Shown piece by piece: positions 34,211 through 43,203 of a stretch of 64,000 nucleotides of DNA. Origin of the DNA: Chloroflexota bacterium (lineage in GTDB: Bacteria; Chloroflexota; Anaerolineae; UBA4142). Location of the stretch: NCBI GenBank assembly GCA_016219275.1, contig JACRBM010000032.1, positions 28,054-92,053 of the forward strand, in the 5' to 3' direction. The stretch's first letter is position 1; each line of letters opens with the position of its first letter. The notes under the pieces are model-generated. The model ran no database searches. It was not told the DNA's origin and saw only the letters and a program-made list of their open reading frames with translations. A program made the position numbers and the translations under genes.

Positions 34211-34880
34211 TTTGCGGCGTCGGCGAAAATGCCAAGCCCGATTGGACGGCGTATGTGGCGACTTGGGTCCGATTTTCGAGACGCAACTTGGCGAGGATGT
34301 TACGCAAATGCACCTTGACGGTGTTGACGGTGATGCACAAGTTTTCGGCGATTTGCGGATTGCTCTCGCCTTGCGCGACGAGGCGGAGGACTTGAATTTC
34401 GCGCTCGGTTAACGCTTGCTCGCCGGTGTTTGCATCGGCATTGTGATGTGCGATGCCTTTGAGCAAACGCGCCGCCATCGCGCGCGTCATCGCGACTTCG
34501 CCTTGCGCCACCCCGCCGAGCAAATCGAACAACTCGGCGGCGTCGAGACTCTTGAGTAAATACCCGGCGACGCCTTGCCGCACCGCGCGATAGAGTTGCT
34601 CGTCGGATTCGGACGCGGTCAAGATGACGACGCGCACATCACTCCAGCGTTGTTGAATTTGCGCGGCGGCGTGCAATCCATCGCCGTCCGGCATTTGCAA
34701 ATCCATTAACACGACATCAGGGTGATGACGCTCGACGAATAGAATGGCTTCGCGCCCGGTCCCGGCTTCACCGACCACATGGACGAGATCGGGTCGCGTG
34801 TTCATCAGCCCGATCAAGCCCTGGCGAAACAGACGGTGATCGTCTGCGATCAAAACGTTCAACGGACAACTTGCATTCAT
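34194..34880 (-). CDS. NarL/FixJ-family response regulator (REC + LuxR-type HTH)
   Basis: Canonical receiver residues (ADDH, VVLMDLQMP, ILTAS, YLLKS). C-terminal LTEREIQVLRLVAQGESNPQIAENLCITVNTVKVHLRNI. A ~12-residue tail runs into the shared repeat block. Confidence 0.9.
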   Translation of the reverse strand: MNASCPLNVLIADDHRLFRQGLIGLMNTRPDLVHVVGEAGTGREAILFVERHHPDVVLMDLQMPDGDGLHAAAQIQQRWSDVRVVILTASESDEQLYRAVRQGVAGYLLKSLDAAELFDLLGGVAQGEVAMTRAMAARLLKGIAHHNADANTGEQALTEREIQVLRLVAQGESNPQIAENLCITVNTVKVHLRNILAKLRLENRTQVATYAVQSGLAFSPTPQNHPTG

Positions 34881-34904
34881 ACGCTCCTCTTACTGGGTCA
34901 AAGT

Positions 34905-36827
34905 TCAACTTTCCAAAACGGGCAAAACCAGATTCACGCGTGTGCCGATACCGATTTCAGAATTGATCGTCAACACGCCGTGGATACTTTCCGCGCGCTC
35001 GCGCATCGTCTGCAAACCAAAATGATCCTTGACGGTGGTCGCCTGAAAGCCAACCCCGTTATCGGTGATACCGATTTGAATCGCGTGATGGCGTTTGGAT
35101 AAACGAACTTGAACGTGACTGGCTTGCGCGTGCTTGCGGACATTCGCCAACGCTTCTTGCACGATCCGCACCAACTGCGCTTCTGCCAACGGCGACAAGC
35201 GCGGCGGCTCTTGAATTTGATCAACGAATTGAACCTGGATGCTGGTCTGCACGCCAAATTCTTCGATGTAATCGCGGAGCGCGACGATCAAACCGGTGTC
35301 GCCCGCAAGCGTCGTGCGCAGACTCAATACATTTTCGCGCACATCGGCTTGCGCCGCATTGATGGACGCGCGCGTCTTGGTCAATTCGGCGCGAATCGAA
35401 TCGAGATCGCCTTGCCGCGTGAACGCTTCGATGGTCTGCATTTCCAAGTTGAGATAACCCAGGATTTGCAGTAGCCCATCGTGCATCTCGCGCGCGATGC
35501 GCGACCGTTCCTCGGTCACCGCGAGCGATTGCAGTCGCGCCGTCATCGCCGCGTGTTCGAGCGCGATCACCGCTTGATCCGCCAATCGTTCCAGTCCAAT
35601 GAGATCCGTCGGCGTAAATGACGCGGGCGACACGCGTCCGATCCACAGTCCACCCAGCACTTGGTTCTCTAACTGGAGCGGTACGCACGCGACCGCGTGG
35701 ATTTTCTGCCCCAGCATCGCGCACGACCATGGTTCTTGCGCCGTCGGCGCATCTTCAGGAAAACGCATCGCTTGATGCGCGCGCAAGGCTTCGATAATCA
35801 GCGGATGAGTCTGGGTCGGCAGATTTTCGTGGCGCGCCCCTTGCGCGGTCGCCAGGCATTTTAGTTCGAGCCGCGATTGGTCTTCGTTCCACAAACCGAG
35901 CGCCGCCAGATCGGACGACAACAATTTACGCGCCAGACTCACGGTCGCGCCAAGCACATCCTCCACGTTTTCCAAATCGGCAACGCGACGACTGATGCTG
36001 ACCAAACCTTCCGTCCAGTTCTCGGCGATTTCACGTTCCGCGCGTTGCGCGGACAGAGCCGTCGTTTGATCGCGTTCGTGTTCGAGTTGCAGCGCGTGTA
36101 ACTGCTGTTCCCGTTCGACCTCGAACACATCGAGCGCGCGCACGACGAAAAACGCGACAGCAATCGCCGATAGCGCGCGCCACATTTGAACGGGCAACCC
36201 CGTCAATTGCCGGACACTTTCATAATTGACCCAGGGGGCGAGTCCGTACGGCGCCGTCGGCACGACCAAGCCGGCGGCGATGCCGTTGAACAGAAACGCG
36301 ACTGCCGCGCCAAACATCAAACGCCGCGCTTGGACAATTCCGCCGCGCGACAATCCGCGCCATTGGCGGACGAATCCAAACACCGCCAAGAGACAGCCGG
36401 GAAAATAAAGCAAGTACCGCGACCAGACATCCGTCGCGATTTTGAGCATGCCGCCGCTCGCCGCCACCGTCAACGCGTACGCGACCAAAAACGCGAGCGG
36501 CACCAGAAGCGCCACCGGCACAAACGCGAGCCATTCCGGCAATGGACCGGCTTCGCTTACCAGTCCAACTCCAAACCGGATCAAGCAGAGCGCCGAAAGG
36601 GGCAACAAGATCATTCGCGCGCCAGTTAAGAATCCATGCGGCGCACCGTCAAGATAGACCATCATGAACATGTCGCACCACTCGACCGCGCTGTGGACTA
36701 GCCCAAACGCTGCGAGCCAGGGCAAATGACGACTGAGCACGAGTTCGCTACTGCGCCGCGCTTCGAGTGCGACGGCGAGACCCATCGCAAAAAATGCCGC
36801 ACCGTAAAAGAAATAAACCGCGAGCAT
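34905..36827 (-). CDS. multi-TM sensor histidine kinase (about 7 TM helices, GAF-like, HisKA_3, HATPase_c)
   Basis: Start ATG 36827 overlaps the upstream TAA by 1 nt. Hydrophobic N-terminal ~290 aa. H-box SRIAREMHDGLLQ. ATPase motifs ITDNGVGF and GLQTMRERA. Confidence 0.85.
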   Translation of the reverse strand: MLAVYFFYGAAFFAMGLAVALEARRSSELVLSRHLPWLAAFGLVHSAVEWCDMFMMVYLDGAPHGFLTGARMILLPLSALCLIRFGVGLVSEAGPLPEWLAFVPVALLVPLAFLVAYALTVAASGGMLKIATDVWSRYLLYFPGCLLAVFGFVRQWRGLSRGGIVQARRLMFGAAVAFLFNGIAAGLVVPTAPYGLAPWVNYESVRQLTGLPVQMWRALSAIAVAFFVVRALDVFEVEREQQLHALQLEHERDQTTALSAQRAEREIAENWTEGLVSISRRVADLENVEDVLGATVSLARKLLSSDLAALGLWNEDQSRLELKCLATAQGARHENLPTQTHPLIIEALRAHQAMRFPEDAPTAQEPWSCAMLGQKIHAVACVPLQLENQVLGGLWIGRVSPASFTPTDLIGLERLADQAVIALEHAAMTARLQSLAVTEERSRIAREMHDGLLQILGYLNLEMQTIEAFTRQGDLDSIRAELTKTRASINAAQADVRENVLSLRTTLAGDTGLIVALRDYIEEFGVQTSIQVQFVDQIQEPPRLSPLAEAQLVRIVQEALANVRKHAQASHVQVRLSKRHHAIQIGITDNGVGFQATTVKDHFGLQTMRERAESIHGVLTINSEIGIGTRVNLVLPVLES

Positions 36828-37540
36828 TACAACGACCTCGCCGGCAAATAACCCGGTCCATACTCCAAATCCAACCAGGTATCGCTGAGATGAATCAATG
36901 CGTCGAAAAACGGACTGGGCGCGCGATCCGACACGCGCCGACAAAATTCCGGAAACCAGCGTCCCAGGTGATCGTCGAGAAAGGTGCGTTCCTGCAATCG
37001 CAATTGCCGCGCCGATTCCGACGCGTTGACTTGCCACACGTCGGATTCGCGCGCGCACAAAAACGCCATGAATTCCAGTTCGACGGGGAGCAGGTCTTCT
37101 TGATTTTCACGCGGCGCTACGCCAAATTGTCCATAGTGTTGGCGAAGCGAACTCGCAAGTTCGTTCGCCGTTTCCAGGAGCGCCGATGCTTCGCGCCACC
37201 GGTACGCCGATTCCCGCATGGGGACGCGATCAATGCTTTTGCCAAACAACCGTTGATAATCGTTCTCCAGATCGGTCAAGGTGAGCGTGGTGCATTCGCG
37301 CAACTTGGTCAAACTCGCCAGAAATTTTTTGCGATCCTCACCGAACCAGACGGTCGCGAGCAAAATTTCTTCGACCAACCGACCGGAATTCACCGCCGAC
37401 ACGAGTTCAGGATCGGGCGCATAGAAACTCAGGGCGAGCCAGCGATAGACCTGACTGCGTCCGCGCGCAACCTGATGCAGAATCGCACAGGCGCGCAATG
37501 TTGGATCGGTTTCGATGGTGTTCGCGGTTGGAGTAATCAT
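36827..37540 (-). CDS. TorD/DmsD-like chaperone, second and more divergent copy
   Basis: YQRLFGKS...PMRESAY...EDLLPVELEFMAFL parallels the TorD-family core. The ATG at 37540 overlaps the upstream stop (ATGA). Confidence 0.65.
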   Translation of the reverse strand: MITPTANTIETDPTLRACAILHQVARGRSQVYRWLALSFYAPDPELVSAVNSGRLVEEILLATVWFGEDRKKFLASLTKLRECTTLTLTDLENDYQRLFGKSIDRVPMRESAYRWREASALLETANELASSLRQHYGQFGVAPRENQEDLLPVELEFMAFLCARESDVWQVNASESARQLRLQERTFLDDHLGRWFPEFCRRVSDRAPSPFFDALIHLSDTWLDLEYGPGYLPARSL

Positions 37541-38157
37541 GTCAAGTAATAGACCGATGGTTCGGTTCCTTTTTCGACGAGTAACTGAAAGTGCAAACGC
37601 GCGGCAAGCAATTGCGCGACCTCGCTTGTCGGATCGTTGAGATCGCCAAACTTGCGCGCTTGTACCGGGCACACATCCACGCACGCCGGATTTTCGCTGC
37701 GCGCAAGCCGATGCGCGCAGAACGTACATTTTTCGACAGTGTGCGCGCGATGCACGAGCGGATTGTCGCCGGTCGGAAACGGCAGGGCGTAACGCGGTTG
37801 TTCATCGGCGAACACGCGCACGCTCGTGAACGGACACACCATCATGCACGAGCGACAGCCGATGCACAGCCCAGGGTCTTGCACGACCACGCCATCTTGC
37901 TCACGACGACTCGTCGCCGTGGAAGGACACACGTCCACGCACGGACCTTGCGCGCAATGTTGGCACGCGAGCGGCAGATATTCGAGACGCAAATCCGGAT
38001 AATTGCCGGCGGGCAGATCGTCGCCGTTCCCGCCAATGGTGACGACGCGCGTCCACCACACACCTTCGGGCAAATTATTTTCCTGCTTGCACGCGACCGA
38101 ACACGTGTTACAACCCGTGCACAGTCGAAGGTCAATCAGCATCACGTATCTAATCAT
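37537..38157 (-). CDS. DmsB/NrfC/PsrB-type 4x[4Fe-4S] subunit without signal peptide
   Basis: CTGCNTCSVACK, CQHCAQGPCVDVCP, CIGCRSCMMVCP, CTFC...CVDVCP. The ATG at 38157 is preceded by AGAGGTGA and overlaps the catalytic-subunit gene by 8 nt. Confidence 0.85.
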   Translation of the reverse strand: MIRYVMLIDLRLCTGCNTCSVACKQENNLPEGVWWTRVVTIGGNGDDLPAGNYPDLRLEYLPLACQHCAQGPCVDVCPSTATSRREQDGVVVQDPGLCIGCRSCMMVCPFTSVRVFADEQPRYALPFPTGDNPLVHRAHTVEKCTFCAHRLARSENPACVDVCPVQARKFGDLNDPTSEVAQLLAARLHFQLLVEKGTEPSVYYLT

Positions 38158-41032
38158 TCGCGTTCACCTCTGCGCGCACGACCTCGACCAATACATCGGA
38201 CAACGACGTGCTCACCCCGAACGCGTTCGTCGCATTGCCGCCGCTGTACGTCAGCGATTGCGGGTGTCCCGCCTTGAAATCCTTGGACTGCCAACCCTGG
38301 GTCAGATAGACCGTGCCCGGCGGAACAGTTTGATTGAGCCGCGCGCGCAGAACGACGAACCCGCGTTCGTTGAACAAGCGCACCCAATCACCATCCTGGA
38401 TTTGCCGCGCGGCGGCGACCGAGGGATGCATCGCCGCGCGGGGTTCGCGATCGAGTTCGCGCAACCACGGCGCGTCGCTAAAGGTCGAGTGAACGCGATA
38501 GCGGCTGTGTTCGGTGATGCAAACCAACGGATAGCGGAGAATTTGTTCGCCTTCGGGATCAGCTTCGCCGGGCGGCTCGTAATTCGGCAACGCCGTGTTG
38601 AATGGCAACAAGCGTTCGACGTAGAACTCGACGCGCCCGGTCGGCGTGTTGAATTTCCAGTCGCGATGCGCGACCTGGGGTTCCGCCGGCACATTCCGAC
38701 GCAATACGCCGCGCGCACACAACTCATCGAACGAAAGTGTGTTCGTCGTTTCATCGGACGCGGCGAGAATTTCTGCGAGGTATTCACGCGGCGCGCGCGT
38801 AAAATAATCGCCGCAACCCAGTTTTTGCGCGACCAGCGCGGCGATGTCAAAATCGGAACGACACTCGCCGGGCGGCGGCACAATGGCGGGTTGATATTGA
38901 ATGTACGGCGTCGGTCCCTTGACCATATCCTCGCGTTCGAAAAACATCGCCGCCGGTAACACATAGTCCGACCAACGCGCGGTCTCGGTCATAAAATGAT
39001 CGGCGGTCACGATCAAATCCAAGCGCGGCAAAACTTCATTGAGCAAGTGCGCGTGATTGGGCCATTGATTGAGCCAGTTGCCGAACGCAACCCAGACCGC
39101 TTTGATCGGATAGGGTCGCCCGCTTATGATTTGTTCGGAGAGCATCACTGGATTGATCGGATGATGTGTTTTGCCGTCGGGAGAGTTGAAATTGTGATTG
39201 AACATCACGCCGTCCGTAAATCCATCCACGCCCGCACCGCCGCCGGGAATTCCCAGGTTGCCGGTCAACGCGGCGAGCGTCGCCATCAAGCGACCGAACG
39301 TCGCGCCGTGATGCCAGCGGTCAATCCCGTACAGCGTAAAAATGCGCGCCGGTCGCGTCGTCGCAAAATCGCGCGCAAGTGCGAAAATGTGATCGGGCGC
39401 GATGCCGGTTTTCTCGGCGACAAATGCCGGCGTGTACGGCTGGAGCATTTCGCGTAATCGGTCGAACGCTGTGCGGCACGCGATGCCGGCGATGTCGTAC
39501 CGACCAGCCAGCGCGGGCGCGCTGGCTTGGTGAGGCGCAACGACGCGACCTTGTTGCGCATCCCACACGAGATAGGATTCGTCGTCGGATTGCAAATCGG
39601 ACGCGCGCAGAAAACGCCCATTGTCCTCGCGCACAAGCAGAGGCGCGACGGTGTGTCGCAAAACAAAATCTTGGTTCATCCAATTTTGTTCGATGATGAG
39701 TCGCGCCAATGCGAGCGCGAGATACAAATCAGTGCCCGGTCTGATCGGTAGCCACGCGTCCGATTTGCTCGCGGTGATACTGAAGCGGGGATCAATCGTC
39801 ACAAGACGCGCGCCCGCGCGTTTGGCATCGAGGAAAGAATTCCACCAGTTCATCCGGCTCTGGGCTGGGTCGCCGCCCCAAATCAAAATCAATTTCGAAT
39901 TCGGGAGGTCGGTGAAATCATTCGCCGTGTAACCCGCGCCGCTACCCAGCGCGTCTTCGATGCCGCTGGGCACCGCGCTATCCACGCCGTACATCGCCGG
40001 ACTGACCGCTGACGCGCCGAGCGCGCTCGCCAAGCGTGAGTAAACACCGTTCATGCTGTTCAGTGTGCCTAGTTGACCGGAGTATGGAAAGAACATCAAA
40101 CTCGAATCGCCGTACTGGGTTGCAATCGTGCGCATCTGCGTGGTAATTTCATCTATCGCTTGATCCCAGGAGAGGCGTTGCCATTTGCCGCTGCCGCGCG
40201 CGCCGGCGCGTTTAAGCGGATGCAACAAGCGCTGCGGATGCGCGAGCATTTGCGTGTAACTGATGCCCTTGAGACAAATACGGCGATAGCGTTCGTCCGG
40301 AAAATCGGCGGGTTCGATTTTGACCACGTGGTTATCGCGCACGGTCACGTTCAATCCGCAAAAATGCGAGCCGCAGTTGAGATTGCACGCGGTTCGCGTC
40401 GTGCGCGTCGGCGCGATGGTAGACACGGTTTTCGATGTGAGGGTTAGCCCGCGCAAAAATGTTTGCTTTTCAGCCGCGTCCGGTTGATCGGCAGAATCCT
40501 GGGACGCCATCGTTGGAATCGTCGGCGCGAGTTGTTCGACGATTTGATCGCTGAGTTGCGCGAGACTGAGTTCCGCGCCATCGCGCGTGTACGCCGATTC
40601 GCCCAGCGGCGCGCCGTCCTGCGCGATCTGCGCGATCTTGTTCGCGATGCCGTTCGCCAACAGGGCGCGTTTGAGCACCTCCGCCACGGCGGGCGCTAGC
40701 TCCGTGGTCAAATCTTCAATGTTCACCACGCCGTTCGCGCCGGTGCGAATGGCGGCATCGCGATAATCGCGCGTGTCAAAAGGTAACAAGACAATCAACG
40801 GCACGGATGGCGCGCTCGATTTCAATTGTCGGAGCAAATCCAACCCAGGTTCGCCAAACGCGAACGGTTCCGCCACCACCACATCGGGTTTCATCTGCGC
40901 CTGCAGCATGAGGTCTTGGCGATTTTGGGCGACCAGGATTTCGGCATTCGCGGCAAGCGTTTGCGAAATGGTTTCGCGCAACCAAACGTGGGGAACGCCG
41001 AGCAAAATTCGAATAGGTGTTTTTGAATTCAT
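38150..41032 (-). CDS. fusion protein: degenerate receiver (pseudo-REC) domain, linker with fossil Tat motif, DmsA-like molybdopterin oxidoreductase
   Basis: ATG 41032 (MNSKTPIRILL) after GGGAG. Residues ~8-130 are CheY-like but the catalytic residues are substituted. EKQTFLRGLTLTS resembles a Tat leader without the twin Arg. Cys cluster CNLNCGSHFC-x27-C. MopB body (KLILIWGGDP, LVTIDPRFS, WLPIRPGTD). No signal peptide. Confidence 0.8.
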   Translation of the reverse strand: MNSKTPIRILLGVPHVWLRETISQTLAANAEILVAQNRQDLMLQAQMKPDVVVAEPFAFGEPGLDLLRQLKSSAPSVPLIVLLPFDTRDYRDAAIRTGANGVVNIEDLTTELAPAVAEVLKRALLANGIANKIAQIAQDGAPLGESAYTRDGAELSLAQLSDQIVEQLAPTIPTMASQDSADQPDAAEKQTFLRGLTLTSKTVSTIAPTRTTRTACNLNCGSHFCGLNVTVRDNHVVKIEPADFPDERYRRICLKGISYTQMLAHPQRLLHPLKRAGARGSGKWQRLSWDQAIDEITTQMRTIATQYGDSSLMFFPYSGQLGTLNSMNGVYSRLASALGASAVSPAMYGVDSAVPSGIEDALGSGAGYTANDFTDLPNSKLILIWGGDPAQSRMNWWNSFLDAKRAGARLVTIDPRFSITASKSDAWLPIRPGTDLYLALALARLIIEQNWMNQDFVLRHTVAPLLVREDNGRFLRASDLQSDDESYLVWDAQQGRVVAPHQASAPALAGRYDIAGIACRTAFDRLREMLQPYTPAFVAEKTGIAPDHIFALARDFATTRPARIFTLYGIDRWHHGATFGRLMATLAALTGNLGIPGGGAGVDGFTDGVMFNHNFNSPDGKTHHPINPVMLSEQIISGRPYPIKAVWVAFGNWLNQWPNHAHLLNEVLPRLDLIVTADHFMTETARWSDYVLPAAMFFEREDMVKGPTPYIQYQPAIVPPPGECRSDFDIAALVAQKLGCGDYFTRAPREYLAEILAASDETTNTLSFDELCARGVLRRNVPAEPQVAHRDWKFNTPTGRVEFYVERLLPFNTALPNYEPPGEADPEGEQILRYPLVCITEHSRYRVHSTFSDAPWLRELDREPRAAMHPSVAAARQIQDGDWVRLFNERGFVVLRARLNQTVPPGTVYLTQGWQSKDFKAGHPQSLTYSGGNATNAFGVSTSLSDVLVEVVRAEVNAND

Positions 41033-41068
41033 GATGACTCCCAAACATACCAAACGCGCACGCTCATT

Positions 41069-41105
41069 CTAAAACAACGAGCGACTCCTGTCAGTCAGGA
41101 GTCGC
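41069..41105 (-). terminator. intrinsic terminator after the second response-regulator gene
   Basis: Minus strand: GCGACTCCTG-ACTGA-CAGGAGTCGC followed by TCGTTGTTTTAG. It separates TCS-2 from the fusion-enzyme operon. Confidence 0.7.
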
Positions 41106-41140
41106 CCGATAGAATTTGTGGTAGTTTGTACGGACAGCGC

Positions 41141-41776
41141 TCAGTCGAGCAATTTGTGGTGCAACGCATACTCGACCAATTCGGAACGATGCGCCAAGCC
41201 CAATTTTTGCATGATGCGTTCGCGATATGTCTCGACGGTCCGCGGCGACAGCGCGAGTTGATCGCCGATTTCGCGGCTCGTGTACCCCTTTGCCGTCAAC
41301 ACAAGAACTTGGCGTTCGCGTTCTGAAAGTGGATCGCGATCGGGCTTGGGCGATTGATGGTCGCGCACCATCGCGGCAACACCTTCGGGTTGTAGAAACG
41401 ATTCGCCGCGTGCGACCGCGCGAATCGCCGCGACGACATCGCGGTCAGCCGCCGATTTGCGAACATACCCGGCGCCGCCGGCTTGTAGAAATGGCACGAG
41501 GTACGCATCCTCGTCGTGCATCGTCAGCGCGAGCACGTGCGCATTGGGTAAAGTTGCGTGAATGCGTCGCGTCGCTTCGACGCCGTCGAAATCCGGCAGA
41601 GTAATATCCATCACGACCACATCCGGTTGCAGATCGAGTGTTTGTCGAACGGCGCGCGCGCCATCTGCCGCTTCACCTACAACTACCATGTCGGATTGTT
41701 TTTCGAGCAACAGCCGCACACCGGTGCGCACGACCGCGTGATCATCCACAAGCAAAACGCGAATCGGCGCGGTCAT
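41141..41776 (-). CDS. NarL/FixJ-family response regulator, second copy
   Basis: VDDH, VVVMDITLP, ALTMH and YVRKS receiver residues. LSERERQVLVLTAKGYTSREIGDQLALSPRTVETYRERI HTH. The ATG overlaps the kinase stop (ATGA). Confidence 0.9.
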   Translation of the reverse strand: MTAPIRVLLVDDHAVVRTGVRLLLEKQSDMVVVGEAADGARAVRQTLDLQPDVVVMDITLPDFDGVEATRRIHATLPNAHVLALTMHDEDAYLVPFLQAGGAGYVRKSAADRDVVAAIRAVARGESFLQPEGVAAMVRDHQSPKPDRDPLSERERQVLVLTAKGYTSREIGDQLALSPRTVETYRERIMQKLGLAHRSELVEYALHHKLLD

Positions 41777-42951
41777 TTCGATTCTCCCAACGGCAACTCG
41801 ATCAAGATGCGGGTCCCGGCATCGGGTGCGGAATCTACTTGCAAGCGTCCGCCCACAAGCGCCACGCGTTCGCGCATGCCTTCCAAGCCCATACCGTTTC
41901 GATGGTCAATTCCAGGATTCATCCCTTTGCCATCGTCTTCAATCGTGAGCCAAACGGCGCGCGCGCCTTGTTCCAAGGTGACACTCGCATGATGCGCCTG
42001 CGCGTGGCGCACGATATTCGTCAGTCCTTCCTGCACCGCGCGATACAAAATAATTTCGTGGTCGGTTGGCAAGCGGTCTATGGTAGGGCTAGGAGTGAAA
42101 ACGATCTCGATGCCGCTTCGTTTGCACCATTCTTGAACGTACCCGCGAATCGCCGGCACCAAGCCCAGGTCGTCGAGCGCGGTTGGACGCAAATCCATGG
42201 CAAGTCGCCGTACCTCTTCGAGCGTTTCGCCGGTGAGATAGCGCAGACCATTGATTCGATCGTGAATCAATTCGAGGTCGGTTTCGGTTTGCAATGCTTT
42301 CAAGCGCAGCAAGATCGAGGTGAGCGATTGCCCGGTCTCATCATGCAATTCGCGCGCGAGGCGTTTGCGTTCCGCTTCCTGCGCGGAGAGGGCATGGTGC
42401 AAGAGGTGTTCAAGGCGTTCGCGCTTGGCTTGCACGTCCGCGAGCAAGCGCAGGTTCTCCTGATTCAACTCCGCCATTTCGCGTTGTTGGCGCAGCAAAG
42501 CCAGGTTCGTTTCGCGCAGACTATTCACCATCGTGTTGAATTCAGATTGCACCTCGCCGATTTCATCGCGCGCCCAAATCGGAATTTGGACGGTGAGGTC
42601 GCCGGCTTTGACGCGTCCCATCGCGCGCACAATATTTTGGAGTGGATGAACGAGGATTCGCGTAAAAATGACCGCCAGCCCCAAGCCCAGTAAAGCGACG
42701 CCGACAAAAACGGTCGCGGCTTGCTCAGTTAAAGCAATAAAGATTTGAGCTTGAATGGACTGCGCGCCGTGTATCTGGAGCAGTACGCCGAGACGCTCGC
42801 GGATGAACAATGCTCCACCAATGCCGCCAACCAAAAGCGGCAACACAATCAGCCCGATTACTTTGAGAGCAACCGGCGTCGCGCCAATCCATTGCCAGAA
42901 GATACCTATCCGTTCCTCCACGCGCGTCAAGATTGATTGATGCAATTTCAT
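41773..42951 (-). CDS. NarX-like sensor histidine kinase (2 TM, HAMP, HisKA_3, HATPase_c)
   Basis: H-box LARELHDETGQSL. HAMP-like VHPLQNIVRAMGRVKAGDLTVQIP. IEDDGKGM and GLEGMRERV ATPase motifs. Start uncertain (42951 MKLHQS, or 43020). Confidence 0.85.
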   Translation of the reverse strand: MKLHQSILTRVEERIGIFWQWIGATPVALKVIGLIVLPLLVGGIGGALFIRERLGVLLQIHGAQSIQAQIFIALTEQAATVFVGVALLGLGLAVIFTRILVHPLQNIVRAMGRVKAGDLTVQIPIWARDEIGEVQSEFNTMVNSLRETNLALLRQQREMAELNQENLRLLADVQAKRERLEHLLHHALSAQEAERKRLARELHDETGQSLTSILLRLKALQTETDLELIHDRINGLRYLTGETLEEVRRLAMDLRPTALDDLGLVPAIRGYVQEWCKRSGIEIVFTPSPTIDRLPTDHEIILYRAVQEGLTNIVRHAQAHHASVTLEQGARAVWLTIEDDGKGMNPGIDHRNGMGLEGMRERVALVGGRLQVDSAPDAGTRILIELPLGESK

Positions 42952-43086
42952 GCTCACAGTCCCGTTCCGATTCGGAAGACCACAACCCCGAACGTTCTTC
43001 AACACCTTCGCCAAAATCATAAATTGATCCGCGAATAACGCGAATCACGCGAATTTTCGAGACTGTAGCATGCCCGCCGGTAAAAT

Positions 43087-43203
43087 GGCAATTGAAATTG
43101 CCCCGCGTGAGCCGTTGGCTGGTCGCCCGCCTACGCGGGCGAATTTCGCGTCCACGTAGGTGGACGCCCGGCGGAACGCCCACCAAAGGCGATTTCAATC
43201 GCC
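43087..43203. repeat. quasi-palindromic array of four tetraloop hairpins in a long non-coding gap
   Basis: GGCAAT-TGAA-ATTGCC (43087-43102), CGCCCGC-CTAC-GCGGGCG (43124-43141), CGTCCAC-GTAG-GTGGACG (43149-43166), GGCGAT-TTCA-ATCGCC (43188-43203). Outer and inner pairs have reverse-complementary loops. Confidence 0.6.

Noticed and set aside
43087-43203. Possible degenerate CRISPR repeats, suggested by the ATTGAAAT / ATTTCAAT cores
   Set aside because: There are only two such units, in opposite orientation, each a self-contained tetraloop hairpin. There is no regular repeat-spacer periodicity and no cas genes in the window.
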